From Eremomyces bilateralis CBS 781.70 (Eukaryota), in NCBI GenBank assembly GCA_010015585.1, contig ML975156.1: a DNA stretch of 60,815 nt. The stretch is one strand, 5' to 3'. A program made the position numbers and the translations under genes. Every line of letters starts with the position of its first letter. Position 1 is the stretch's first letter. Shown piece after piece: positions 1-11,764 of this stretch. The notes under the pieces are model-generated. The model saw only the letters and a list, made by a program, of their open reading frames with translations. It was not told where the DNA came from and did not search any database.

Positions 1-1055
1 TCCTTCCCCAAGCAGGACACCGAGCGCATTGGCATTGACCACCCTAAGTTTCTGTAATCCTTTCCGCTTAACCGCCAACTCTCCTCTTGCAAGCATTAGT
101 GGTCCTATGAGTTGCTTTCGCCAGTCTCGCATGTTTCTCTCACGAACCACGCTCCGCACTAGCGTGTAGAAATCGCTCCACCCACGATTCACGGCATTCC
201 GTGTCGTCTGCACAAGAGTCGTCGACGATCGTCTCCGACTCTTTGCTTGAGCGCTTTGATCGGCGCCGGAGGTCGTGATGTTCTCGATGCGCCGCGCAAC
301 CTCTCCGTATACATCTTGAATCGAATGGAACAACCGCAACGGTGTCATCTGAACGGCGAACAGTGCCGTATATCTATAACTCGAAAGCACGTCATCGAAA
401 TAGTACAGATGCTCGCTCAGTGGTATTGTGTTCTCCAGTATTGTATCCAAAACAATTCCATACGCAGCGTTCGTTGCCTTGGCCAGAAGTAGCCATTCCA
501 GGTCGTGCTCGAGGGATTCATCCGTATCTGTCTCCCATACTTCATCACCAATTCTTCCATTTTCCTCGTGGTCCCGATGATAGGAAGAGGCATACGAGTC
601 GGTGGCTCCCTCTTCTGTGCCATCCGGTAGATCAGACCGGGTTCCTTCGGCTCCTAAGCCCTCCCTTTGACAGACACGGCATCCTTCTAGTCGAGAGGCT
701 TCCTTGAGTGCTTGGACGATTCGATTGCGGTGGTGGATCAATGATCCTCTATGGGATGGTGAGTGCGAGAGGGCCTTCACAAGGGCCTGAAGCTCGCTGG
801 TCCGGTCGGAGAGTCTCCGTTTTCGGGGGGAGGGAGCCGAGGCTGACCGTACCGCGAACTGCTCCTCTTGGATTGCATTCTCGTCGCCATGAGAGTCATA
901 CTGTGACCATGATAATTGCAGACGGTCCAACTGTGCATCAATGCGTTGTACCTGGCTGCGGCACGTTAGGACGTGGTTTCCACCCTCTACTCCAGCCAGG
1001 TTTCTGCTCGAGTGCTGGATGTGCTGTTCGTGACTTACTCCAGTACAAAGGACAT
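1..1055 (-). CDS. NCA2: Nuclear control of ATPase protein 2 (NCA2), 5' part; runs off the window edge
   Basis: ATG at 1055, exon 1 1055-1039, GTAAGT..CTAAC..CAG intron 1038-956, then an open frame to position 1. Translation MSFVLDQVQRIDAQLDRLQL...EHDLEWLLLAKATNAAYGIVLDTILENTIPLSEHLYYFDDVLSSYRYTALFAVQMTPLRL resembles fungal NCA2. Missing from the ORF track because there is no stop in the window. Confidence 0.85.
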
Positions 1056-1469
1056 GGCTTCGAGGTATCCGAACTCAATACGGCCAACAAGTGACCATAC
1101 CTAACCAAGCTCGGCTTCGGAAGAGAAAGGAATGGATCTTGCGCGTTTGAGCTTCAAGAAAGTTTACCCCAGAATTTCATCCTGAAATTCTGCCCAAGCA
1201 ACCAGAAAACCAAGCTCCACGTGACTCGTCGTCCGTGACATCATAACAGCTGACTTCTTCCTAGCCACCATGCAATTCCGTGCTCAGTGCTGAGCCACAG
1301 CGGGTTAGTCAGCAGCTTCCCCTGAGACTTCAGCATCAAAGAACCAACTTCCCCTGATTTACCATTTCAGTTCATAATCCCACATTCTTCGAAAGTCGTT
1401 CGGTCTTAAGGGCTTCAGGCTTCCTGAGTTGTATCCTAATCATGCAACATGGCCCAACAGAACATGTGA

Positions 1470-2650
1470 CCTCTAAAGACATACTTTGACGGGATAGCCG
1501 AGACGAACGGTGATGATGAGTGCTCCGCTTGGTTGGGTCGGATTTGTGACGCAAAGGCTGAACTGGCAAGTTTTGTTTCCAGTCTTCGGGAAAGGGGAAA
1601 TGGCGCTGGATCATTCCTATCCCGCGTGTCCACAGCAAGGGATTAACGGTGGAGAGCCCACAACAACTTGGACCATTTTATTATCCTGGATTTCATTGAG
1701 GGGACCCTTTTATTGACCGTCCTCAAGTAACCGACCGAGACTAGCGATATGGTTCTAAACCCAGATATCGGCCCAACGATATTGGATAAGATCTATCATC
1801 AAATCGCCGATTACATGTTCCAACTCTCTCAACTTGCCTTTACCCGCACCGGAGCTATCACGAAGACCGAGATTCAAAATGGACCGTCACTAAAGATCGC
1901 TAACATATAATGTGAACGAGTTGGCGACTGTCATAGGATATCCCGACGATCAATTTCCTCGCACTATTTGATCGTGCGAGAGATTACTTCAGGTCGCTGA
2001 CAAACGAGCACTTAACCCACCTTTGGACAACCTCGCAGTTACCCGGGAAACCGCTCGTAAGCGGTTTATCGCTTGCCATCAGTTCACACATCTTGTCACA
2101 GAGTACTGTATTGAGGACAATGGCCCATTTTTGCCCTTCTGCGGCGATATACGGCCTGCGAACATGCTCGTGGACCCCGAAACGCTCCGTATCAGCGCGA
2201 TGGTCGATTTTGAGTGTACGAATATTCTCTCGGCCCCGCTCACCTACGACCCTCCCTGGTGGCTACTTTCGACTGGGCCTGAAATATGGGTTGATCGCGG
2301 CTCTACGGATGAATTTCTAGGCCTCTATGAGCCAAGAATGGAGCAGTTCCTAAAAGCGTTAGAATGGGAGGAAGGGGAGTTGGGACTAAGGAGAAACCCA
2401 GTCGGTGGATCACTTCTCTCAGTCCGGATGTGTGACTCGTGGAGAATTGGACGTTTCTGGTTTGATTATGCCGCACGAAAGAGTTTCAAAGTAGATAGCA
2501 TCTACTGGGTTGCATTGCATCACGAAGCCGCTGACCTTGAGTTGCTTCATGACAAGGCGTAGGCAGAAGGAATCACTTACGGATAGTACGATGGAGCAAC
2601 TAAAGGTATATAATGAGGAATGCACTGTCCGGTTTTCCGGAACGAATGCA
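1470..2650 (+). pseudogene. APH/aminoglycoside-phosphotransferase-like (kinase-fold) pseudogene
   Basis: Family-like pieces in shifting frames: YFDGIAETNGDDEC, IPIPRVHS, IILDFIEG, LDKIYHQIADYMFQLSQL, YNVNELATVIGYP, and ORF 2023-2562 with CGDIRPANMLVD..VDFE..DPPWWLL..GRFWFDYAARKS. Several frameshifts and stops. Confidence 0.85.
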
Positions 2651-2896
2651 TAAAGTTGCCGTGCACCATCCTAGATCAATGCGATTTGGATTCCATTTAC
2701 CCATTGGTAAGGAAGGTAAGTATATTCCGTACACCAATCCACTCTACTCACCGTTTTCATACGAATTAAGTTGAAGTGTACTAGCTTGGGGTCAAGTATC
2801 CTAGAGAAACATCTATTGTTCCCACCAACAAAGCAGAGCCCGACCGGATATTCTACCTTATTAACGCCCCCGAACTGCATCAGAAAGGAATGGCCA

Positions 2897-4072
2897 CTAC
2901 AACGGCACACCACGATCCACGTCCTCAATTCTCAGTCGATTCGCCCCTCTTTGCTTCCGCAAATTGTTCGTATTCTCAACAACCTCCCGGTCCACCGACC
3001 ACCACCAAGTCCTCCAGAACTTATCCCCAATCTCCCAATTCTTGCCGTCCATCCCATTGGGTCCCACGATCCGGAACCCTTCGGCCGGGTCATCGATATC
3101 GTAGAAGAGCTGTAGAATCGACAACGGATCCCGTGCCCCTGGTGGTCGGTGTGTGGGGGGGAGGTTGAAGACCACGACCAGCTTCGTACGGACTGACGGC
3201 CAGGGGATACAGTCGATCAGCGGATGATGGGGGATCGATTTCTGTGCATCGGTGGGTTTGAGATCGGCGGGGAGCTCCGTGATCTGCTGCATAGCTTGCA
3301 TGTTCGACATGATCTTCCCGTCGAAGGTGCGCAGGGTGAAGGGGTCCCACATGGTATCGCCGGCTCCGACCATCTGGGCCACAGCCATTCCGACTTGCAT
3401 GGTTTTCAGCAGCGGCACATCTATGACGGTGTCATTTGACAGCATGGGTAGGAAGCCATAGGATGAGGAAAATGGCTGATTGGAGGATTCGACCCCAGGC
3501 ACCAGAGTGCTCAGATCCCAAGCGGGAGAATCGCCTAAATCTGATGCATGAGTTACGCCAAACATAACGTGAGACTTCTTCGGACTAACCGAATGGAGTT
3601 GAACCAGATCGACCGAACTCAATTGCTGGGAGATATAGCGGCTGATCGAAACTAGCTAGATCGTCGAGGATCGCGCCAGAGGATGCGGCAGGCATGGATT
3701 GATCTGTCGTGGCAAATGTTTGGAACAGGGTGGCACCGGAATCTCCTGAGCCCGACGCCTCTAGTTCAAGTTCCAGCTCATCCGATCCGCATATCATTTC
3801 ATCTGAAGCTGAGGCAGAGCCTGGATAATGGGATGATGAACTGGACTTTGGTGATGTGCTGGTCGCTTTCAGCTGGGCCTCAAGCGCAGCCATCTTCTCT
3901 GCCTTTCTCCTTCCTAGCATTAAAGCATCAGACAGTGGAATACAATATGCTATCACATATCAGTACATACGATATCGTCGTTGAGCCAAGACATTTAGAG
4001 CACGCTTCCTGTCCGGATCACCCCGTGAGGGGACTGAAGCGGCTGTCAAACCACTGGCTTTAGCATTTACCA
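2897..4072 (-). CDS. bZIP transcription factor with C-terminal DUF3425-type domain
   Basis: ATG 4072; introns 3970-3914 (GTATGT..TAG) and 3589-3541 (GTTAGT..CAG). Basic region DRKRALNVLAQRRYRRRKAEKMAALE; C-terminal LKPTDAQKSIPHHPLIDCIPWPSVR..NWEIGDKFWRTWWW..TNNLRKQRG. Confidence 0.9.
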
Positions 4073-4643
4073 TTCTGGATATCCTGAGTGTACTAGGCGT
4101 AAAGGATGAACTTCGAAATGAGCAAATCGGTTCGACTTTGACAGGAAGGTGGTAATAAAAGCCCAACGGACGGCAAGGGAATAAACATAACGTTATGCTG
4201 CCAAGAGTCATCCTCGTATTCCTCCAGGCTGGCACCGACTTGAAGCTTCAAGCTACCCGGGCCAATCAAATGCCTCGGCTCTAAAGTGCAATGGGTACCG
4301 ATATGGAATATCTTTGAAAGGACGATCTCAGCCTCCGGATTTGGAATGAAGGGCGCGGATAGAGTACGGTAGACCCTAAGAAAAGTAGATCCTGTCGATC
4401 TGATGCTTGAGAGAATGAGCCCATCGTTAGGTATAATGAGATTGTAATGCGAGGTTACGTTCCGACCGATTGACATCATTCCTTCGAACAGGAATCCAGT
4501 GTATATATAATGGACGTCGGGATGTATGAATGGAACCATATCAACACAGTTACTCACCCTTAAGCCAACTTGACTCGCTATTCATTGATCTTCAACGCCA
4601 TTTCGAGCCTTCAACAAACTCGTCCTACCCTCCAACCGACACC

Positions 4644-5090
4644 ATGGCAGAGAGCATCCCAAAACCATCCAGCCCCCTCCTCCCTCATACGAGCTCACCG
4701 AGGCCTCCGCTGGGCATCATCAAGACCATCTCGATCGCCCGCGCCATCTTCGGCGGCGCATGTATCTTCACACCCCACCTCATCACGCAAATGTTCCAAC
4801 TGCCTCTTCCCCGAGGCACCGAGCTGTTCCCACGACTGTTCGGCGTGCGCGACTTGGTGGTCGGAGAGCTGCTGTGGCTCACATTGCGCGGTGAACGCAC
4901 GGAAGAACAACTGAAGCAAATCCGCCGTGTGGTGTGGGCCAATATTGCGATCGATTCGATTGATGTGGTGTCGACGATCTGGGAGTTTGCAATGGGAAGG
5001 ATTGCCGGCGAGGCGGCGCTGGTGACGGGCGGTGGAGCCGCGGTGTTTGCGGCAGTTGGGGCCGCTGGGCTGTATCAGATTGGCTGGTGA
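4644..5090 (+). CDS. Small membrane protein, DUF4267-like
   Basis: ACCATGG start at 4644, 148 aa, hydrophobic segments, RLFGVRDLVVG motif; TATATA box near 4502; divergent from the bZIP gene. Confidence 0.7.
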   Translation: MAESIPKPSSPLLPHTSSPRPPLGIIKTISIARAIFGGACIFTPHLITQMFQLPLPRGTELFPRLFGVRDLVVGELLWLTLRGERTEEQLKQIRRVVWANIAIDSIDVVSTIWEFAMGRIAGEAALVTGGGAAVFAAVGAAGLYQIGW

Positions 5091-5698
5091 AGTGGCTGAA
5101 TGATATGTGGTGGGTCGTTGGCTGGCGTTCTGATATTTGTGGAATATTTTCTGTGCCTTCTTACTTACCTTCCCTTGACATTCATTCATTCTTTCAACTC
5201 ATTTGGAAATTCCCTTGAAATTTTGACAAACGTGATGAGGCCCTACTCCATTCGATATCGCGTGCGCGCTCACTTCAGGCTTCATCAAGAAACGCCGCCA
5301 AAGTGCGGCTCGTCCACGGAACGATTGGACTCCCAAGAAATAATAACCATTGCGGATGAATATATCCAAACAAACTGGCTTAGGATCTCGTACAACGCCT
5401 GACATTCGCAACTGATCATCGTCAGACCCAAAGGGCAAAAGGGAAGCTCGAAAGGCAATCCCTCGCCACAAACGATATGGATGCATGGTCGCTTCCAGTA
5501 TCATATTTTTGGGCAGCTGGTCGTGCAGAACTTCAGTTCAACTCAACTGAAACATTTTTCTTGATTGTCGGTACCGCTTGTCAATTTGAAGTCAATTTCT
5601 ACCCAACTATCCTTTCCAAGTTGGTTCTCCTCGACTACTCATAGACTCTGTCCCCTCTCCACCTAACAGCTGTAGCTATCAATCCGAACCTTTTCACT

Positions 5699-6484
5699 GT
5701 GTCTGACAAGAGGCCCGTTCTTGTCTTTGTGTCCGAAGCATGGCATGGTCCCACGATATGGAATAGAGTCGTTCCCGATTTAGAAAACCAACGATATCGG
5801 TGTATTTCCGTGGCACTCCCAACCACATTTGGGGACCCTAGCGCGGATTTCGCCGACGATGTCCAGGCCGTTCAAAATGATATCATCGCCGAGACCCGCA
5901 CAGGACGCAACATTGTAGTTGTGGTCCATTCTTACGGCGGCGTGGTTGGCCAAAGCGCGATTAGAGACCTCACCCAACACACGTCTGAAGGATGCTGCTT
6001 CTACATCCACGGATAATCTGCCCGCATCCATGTACAACCTGCCCGGCTATGTTATTGGCCTGATCATGATATCAACTGGCTTCGCCGAACGGAACACGAC
6101 TGTCATCGACAGAGTTGGCAGCAAGGGTTACCATAACCCCCGCAAGAGAACTGTTTTACATTGATCTTCCCAAGGGAGAAGGCGATTACTGGGCCAGCAA
6201 ATTGGCGAATCAGTCGGCAAAGGCATTTACTGAGGGAAGGTATGCTTCGTATCCGGGTTGGAAGGACGCCTCCTCTTGGTTTCTCATGGCGACGGTGGAT
6301 AGGGCAATCTTCCCGAAAGTCGCAACAGGATTTTGTGAAGGCTACGAAGGGTGCTGGGGCGAGCGTTACCGTTCGAGATATTTCGAGTGGCCATACGCCT
6401 ATATTGAGCAGGCCGAAGGAAACAGTGGACTTCATACTGGAGGCATTGGCGGCTTTTTTAGAATCTTTGCAGGAAACCAATTAG
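5699..6484 (+). pseudogene. Alpha/beta-hydrolase (Abhydrolase_6-like) pseudogene
   Basis: VLVFVSEAWHGP..VALPT..DFADDVQAV..VVVVHSYGG nucleophile elbow; the continuation (ELFYIDLP..YPGWKDASSWFLMATVDRAI; SSGHTPILSRPKETVDFI) is split over different frames; GTG where an ATG would be expected. Confidence 0.85.
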
Positions 6485-7165
6485 ACTCCCTTGTTAACTC
6501 ACCGCATTGCTACGCTTCAGAGTGATTCAGGCTATATGTACTGTAGCCCATCACTATCATCCATCGCTCTTTTTCATAGATAGTAGGCGAGGAGTGTTGC
6601 ACTTCCCTCAAAGATGGTCAATCCAATATATCCTTAAGACGCTCAAGAAACATGCACTCACCGAATCAGTCAACCTAGACTCCAGACGGTAGGATCCATG
6701 CCTATCCATAGGGGTTAGATACTGCTCTAGACCAACACCCGGAGAGATGCTTCTGGTATCCTTACCATAAGATATCCTTTCTAGCCAGATAACCATGAGT
6801 CTGTTGCCCATGGTGATCAACCGCCGTCATGCATTGAGGTTGTGATAGTCGATGACAAGCTTCCCAGCCAACTGAGTACCAAGATGGAAGCACGATCCGT
6901 ATATATCTCACTAACCGGACAGAAAAGCGTGGCCCAGATCGAGGTACAGGTTGTGAACGAATAGCATACTTCCCTGTATGTACTTGCACAAGTTCTGTCA
7001 TTGCAAAAAAGAAATGTACACTGCATTCTATCAAGAGTTTGGCTAAGTCAGGGTCGGTAATGTCCTATCCCTTAATTACTACGACTTGTTGCCTGTTGGT
7101 CCTGTGTGGCTTAACCCCAGATGGATCCTTAAGAATTGACACGTGAACAAATAGATCTCTCTGAG

Positions 7166-7538
7166 TAACACATCTCCACTGCAAAAAACAGATGCACATC
7201 AAAACATCATGTCTTACTAAGACATACCTCTAACTACCCTCCAAAGATTAAGGTCCTAAGGGTACCTATAGGAAGAAGCCTACCCCTAACATATCTCCTT
7301 GCTGTAAAAGACACATGATGTACATAAATGTCTAACTAAGACATACCTCAACTCTCTGAAGATTAAGATCTTAAGGGTACCTTACCTATAGGAAGGAAGC
7401 TTCAAGTTACCTACCCCTAACACATCCACACTGCAAAAGACATATGATGCATATCAATGTCTTACTAAGATGTACCTCTACCTTCTAATCTCTCAGAGCT
7501 CATGAGTACCAGGGTACCTCGGAGCTACCTACCCCCCG
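7166..7538. repeat. Three degenerate tandem copies of a ~121-131 bp unit
   Basis: Copies start at ~7166, 7287 and 7418 and share TAACA(C/T)ATC, ATGTCT(T/A)ACTAAGA..TACCTC, AGGGTACCT and CCTACCCC. Confidence 0.85.
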
Positions 7539-7800
7539 CTCACTCGGCATACGACTGCCTAGCCTACGTTCCCCCAGCCTACACATAGATCTTCATATGG
7601 CCCGGTGAACCTGACCGGAGGAAGTTTAGACTGCTTAAAGGTTCAAACACGGGAATTATGCTTGAGAAGATACGACGCTCTAATGGATGGATTCTCCTAT
7701 TAGGCGATCCTTTAATTCAGGGACGCTCGAATGGACGTCATGTTTGTTGGAAAGGGGTACGTTCTGAAGATGGGAGTGGCGAGTTTAAGCTTCAGGGGAC

Positions 7801-7937
7801 GATGTTCAGTTCTGGGGATGATGTTCATACCTCGGGCGGATATGTTCAGACCTAAAGGCAATACTCAGGCCTTGGGGCAAGATGTTTAGTCCTGAGCGTA
7901 ATGTCCAGGGCTGGAGGTGATGTTCAGGGCTCAGGCC
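7801..7937. repeat. Degenerate 19-21 bp minisatellite, ~7 units
   Basis: A (G/A/T)ATGTTCAG-like core recurs at 19-21 bp spacing. Confidence 0.6.
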
Positions 7938-8012
7938 TGGCCTAGAGTTGCCAGGGTAGGGAGTTATTCCCTGCGAAGGGATCGCCTTCGCATAACTGAG
8001 GCCGAGTCCGAA

Positions 8013-8100
8013 CACTTGGTAATGGCTGAGGAATGGATTGGGAATGGCCGAGGGATGCCTTGGGAACGGCTTAGGAATGACTTGGGAACGGCTTGGGAAC
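8013..8100. repeat. 11-bp tandem repeat, 8 units (consensus GGCTTGGGAAY)
   Basis: cacttggtaat ggctgaggaat ggattgggaat ggccgagggat gccttgggaac ggcttaggaat gacttgggaac ggcttgggaac. Confidence 0.85.
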
Positions 8101-8327
8101 AAACAGAGGATCGGCCTATGTATTAGTAAGACATTAATTCTTCACCAGTTCTCTAAATCTTCGCATTGAAAATTGATTTTTCAAGTTCTCTGGGGAAGTC
8201 TGATGTGCACCCCAGACGCGCTGAATTTCAGTGCGTTTGGATGGTATAAACCCGTCAAAGACCACGCTGATGCCATGAAAATGCAAATCAAGTTCGCCAT
8301 CGTACGTCGCCATCGTGGAGAATACTC

Positions 8328-10460
8328 TCAGTCGTCCAGTACGATGTTAACGTCCCAATCCTCTAATCCATCCGCCTTTCCCCCAACCACGCAATTAATT
8401 CCCTCTGCCTTTTCCGTGGGACCGCCTCTTTCGCCATGCGCACTGACAAGATGCCGCAGCAGCATCTCAACATCTTTATACCCCTCGGTTTCTTTTCCCT
8501 CCGCACAGCAGAGCAAGCATTTGTAAGCAGACTCTCCGCAATGCTTTCCAACTGTAGCCGCTTTCTGCTTCACATGGCTCTTCACCAATAACATCCAGCG
8601 ATACCGCGCTGTGACCTCCTTCGTCCCACTTGCGGTCTGACTTGCCTCACTCTCCAGACCGCCCAAAAACCCCTGGATATCATCCAAGAACACTTTCACT
8701 TCTTTGATACTCTCATCTACCCCCCATCCCTTTCCGTACCTTATAGGCACCGCCGGCCCGCTGAACCCACAGGTGCGACACCGCCAGATCCGTTTGCTGT
8801 GGGAGTACCCTTCTGAGACACTGACCAAGCGGAGGCCACTAGTCAACGATTCTTGAACCGACCACGCGCCTTTGCAGAGTCCCAAATAGGAGTTGCTACG
8901 GGAAGGCCGGGGTGGGATTGCTGATTGGGGTCGAGATAGGGAGTCGGGATAAGAGGGGATATGGGACGTGCGGGAGGATAGAGATGTGGATGACCGGGAC
9001 GAAAGTCGAGATTGAGAGGGTGGTTCCGGGAAGGCATTCAGGGTGTGGGACATGAACGGGAAGGCCATGCTGGGCGTAAAGGAGAATGAGGATGACCGAG
9101 AATGGTCGGGACGAATCTGGGATATTTCGGGTGTTTTTTTAGTGCGGGTTTCTTCGGTGGCAGGATTTGAGATTTTTGGGGTCGAGTCGTGGCTGGTTCT
9201 ACGGCTGCAAACATCTTTTGCCTTAGATGGGGCTTCTAACTCGGGCATTTTGGGAGGCGATTCTTGATCCTCAGGAATAGTTAAGGTAAACAATGGAAGT
9301 TGCTGGGAATGTCGAGGTAGTTGAGAATGTCGGGGAATGGGCCCCGCCGGCTCTGGATCCTCTGGTATTGTGAGCGTAACGAGGTGAGTTGAGCCCTGCT
9401 GGAGACTTGACTTCGACGGTAATGGCCAATCGTGCTTCTCCGAATTTCCCGAGATTGTCAAATTTTGGACAGAAAGCTTGTCCGAAATGCCCTTCTTGTC
9501 TGGCGCGTTGGTTGAAGTTATTGACGATCGGGAGGAGGAACGAGTCTGTGTTTCGTCGAAGACGCTTGATGCAACAGTCAATCGTCCCGAATTGGTTGAA
9601 TCGGTACTCTCCGTGCTCCTTGAGCAGCTAGAATCTTGTCGGCCAAGTTGGGAGACAGATCGCTGCCGCACTACCTGAGGAACTTCCATCAGGCCTGGTC
9701 CACCATATTGGCTCCAGTCCCGCCGCTCAAGTGATGCTAGAGCGGACAGGCTAGGGGCGAGGGTGGAGTGGTCGTGGCTTGGTGTTGATGGTTTGTCCGC
9801 TGGTTTTGGAGCTTTCCGTGGAGGTCGTGAAGAGAAGAGACGCCTGATCCCGCGAAGTGGAGTAGGTGTATTAATTATTATATTGGGTTCAGTCTGGCTC
9901 TTTGTAGTCGCTTCGGTTTCGAGATGAGTAATCGGAGTGGATTGCGGAAGGCTTGTTTTGGGATTGAGGATAAGAGGAATAGGTTCTTGATCCGTGTTAA
10001 GTCGCAGGTCATCTAAGGCTTTAATGGCGAATGTTCGTTGTTTTAGAGATTCGCCTTGAAGGAATAGGAGGTCCAAATCGTGGATTTCGACTTGAGATTG
10101 CTGTACCAATGGAATCACGATATTTTCTCGTATGGAGACGGCTGTCCTCAGCAGGATTTCTCGTGTAGCGACTGTACCTGTTAGTCATGGTTTTATACGG
10201 CCAGATTCGGATGACCACTTGCCATCCTTCTTCTTGAAAAGAGCTCCAAATTCTCTCCAATGCAATGCTAAAGCTTGGGCTACCTGCTCTTCACCTGCCT
10301 CCAAGGAGCCCTGCAATTCCTTCGCCCTAACCCCTCTCTCCGTTTTAACCTTCCTGTATGCATGCCGGGTACGAAGTTGCGTGAGGAATGAGGCGGCAGT
10401 GTGAAACTCGGATATGACTGATATGGACGCATCTACGACATCCGGTTCACGTTCTGCCAT
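8328..10460 (-). CDS. Hypothetical fungal protein; Ser/Pro-rich middle, C-terminal Cys/His putative zinc-binding domain
   Basis: ATG 10460 (MAEREPDVV); a 45-nt GC-AG intron 10222-10178 joins it in frame to the 596-aa ORF. C-terminal motifs CKGAW, WRCRTCGF, LVKSHV, YKCLLC, LLRHLVSAH. Confidence 0.8.
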
Positions 10461-11764
10461 GCCTGTAGAGACGGGATAGGCACGGGAGCAAGCGACGTTC
10501 ACGACCAGACTCAAATTTGGACATTAAGAGAAAACGATTTGACAAAATGGGTGACGCAAGTAGGAAAGACACGAAAGGAAGATTGGTACCTACAGAGGGT
10601 TGAGATCCGACCTATAATGTTTCCTCGGGACTCGAAATATAGCCATATTCGAAATCGTGCAACCGGGGACGCGGCATCTGGGATGTGGTGGTGATGTTAA
10701 TAACTCGATATGATTTTGAATCTAAATAGATACTGTACCCCCATCACCTATTCGCCCAGGCGACGATCGGCTTCGACATCTCGCCACATCCTCTCGGCTC
10801 TCCATATTTGGCGCCCTGATACCACTATGTCCATGTTCCGCGTGGTTCAGGCTGATTGCACTAAGCAGTAGGCTTTCTAGATTCGTTCAGAAATGTAACA
10901 TCCTGCCCGAGCGCCCGATGCAAGGCGTGCGCCATGTCCGCTGGAGTCACTTCGAATACCGTACTCTGCGGTAGCCCACGATCGAATGGCTTAGAATTAG
11001 CAGCTCATGCTGCAGGTTGTAGCCCTTGTGTCCGAAACGCCGTAAGACATTCAAAAAATGAGGACTTTCTGATGCCACAGCGGAGCGAGAAGAAAACAAT
11101 TTCGAGGACAGATGGGATACGAAGAAGGAAAGCTGGTGGGATGTGAGGATCCTCACTCATCAACAGTTCACCACCCCTGGCGCAATCTTACACGTGTATT
11201 TCATGCTCTATCTCCTTTGTTAATGCCATGGATGCCTCGGGATCTCTTCATCCCCCACATGCGTCAACCAGGTGAATCATTTATTGAATATGTATTGCTT
11301 CCCGTTCTCGCTACTTTCGGTCCATTTCTGATACCACCTCCCCGCCAGCAAATGTTCGCCATCGCGGCCAGCGAGCCTGGAATCTAGCCACGCCGGGGAT
11401 ACAACATGCCTATGCTCTAATATCCCCATATCAGAAGTATGATTGCGTGCTAGTATCCGAATCCGGGGTATTTACCAATAGGATCGGAATTTTCGCGCGT
11501 GGTCTGATTACATGCATTACATGAAGTATGGTCTTCAGCTCGGGCGAAGTTGTTTTCGCGTCGGGATGCACAAGCAATCGCCTGAATCAAAATGGGTAGA
11601 AGTTGTGGAACATTCGGGAATTCACATCTCCACAAACGAGCTTCCTTCTGCATCGAAAAGAGGCAGCAGGACTATTTAGCTGTCTACTGGTTGGGTTTCT
11701 CTCCAAGAGCCTAACTCTAGCTGCAACACGACGAATAACTCCGTCATAATTGTAGTTTCGCCGA

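Noticed and set aside
247..1094. Plus-strand ORFs at the window start
   Set aside because: Antisense to the NCA2 coding frame.
7166..8100. CRISPR-like array
   Set aside because: Eukaryotic context; degenerate tandem units with no unique spacers and no cas genes.
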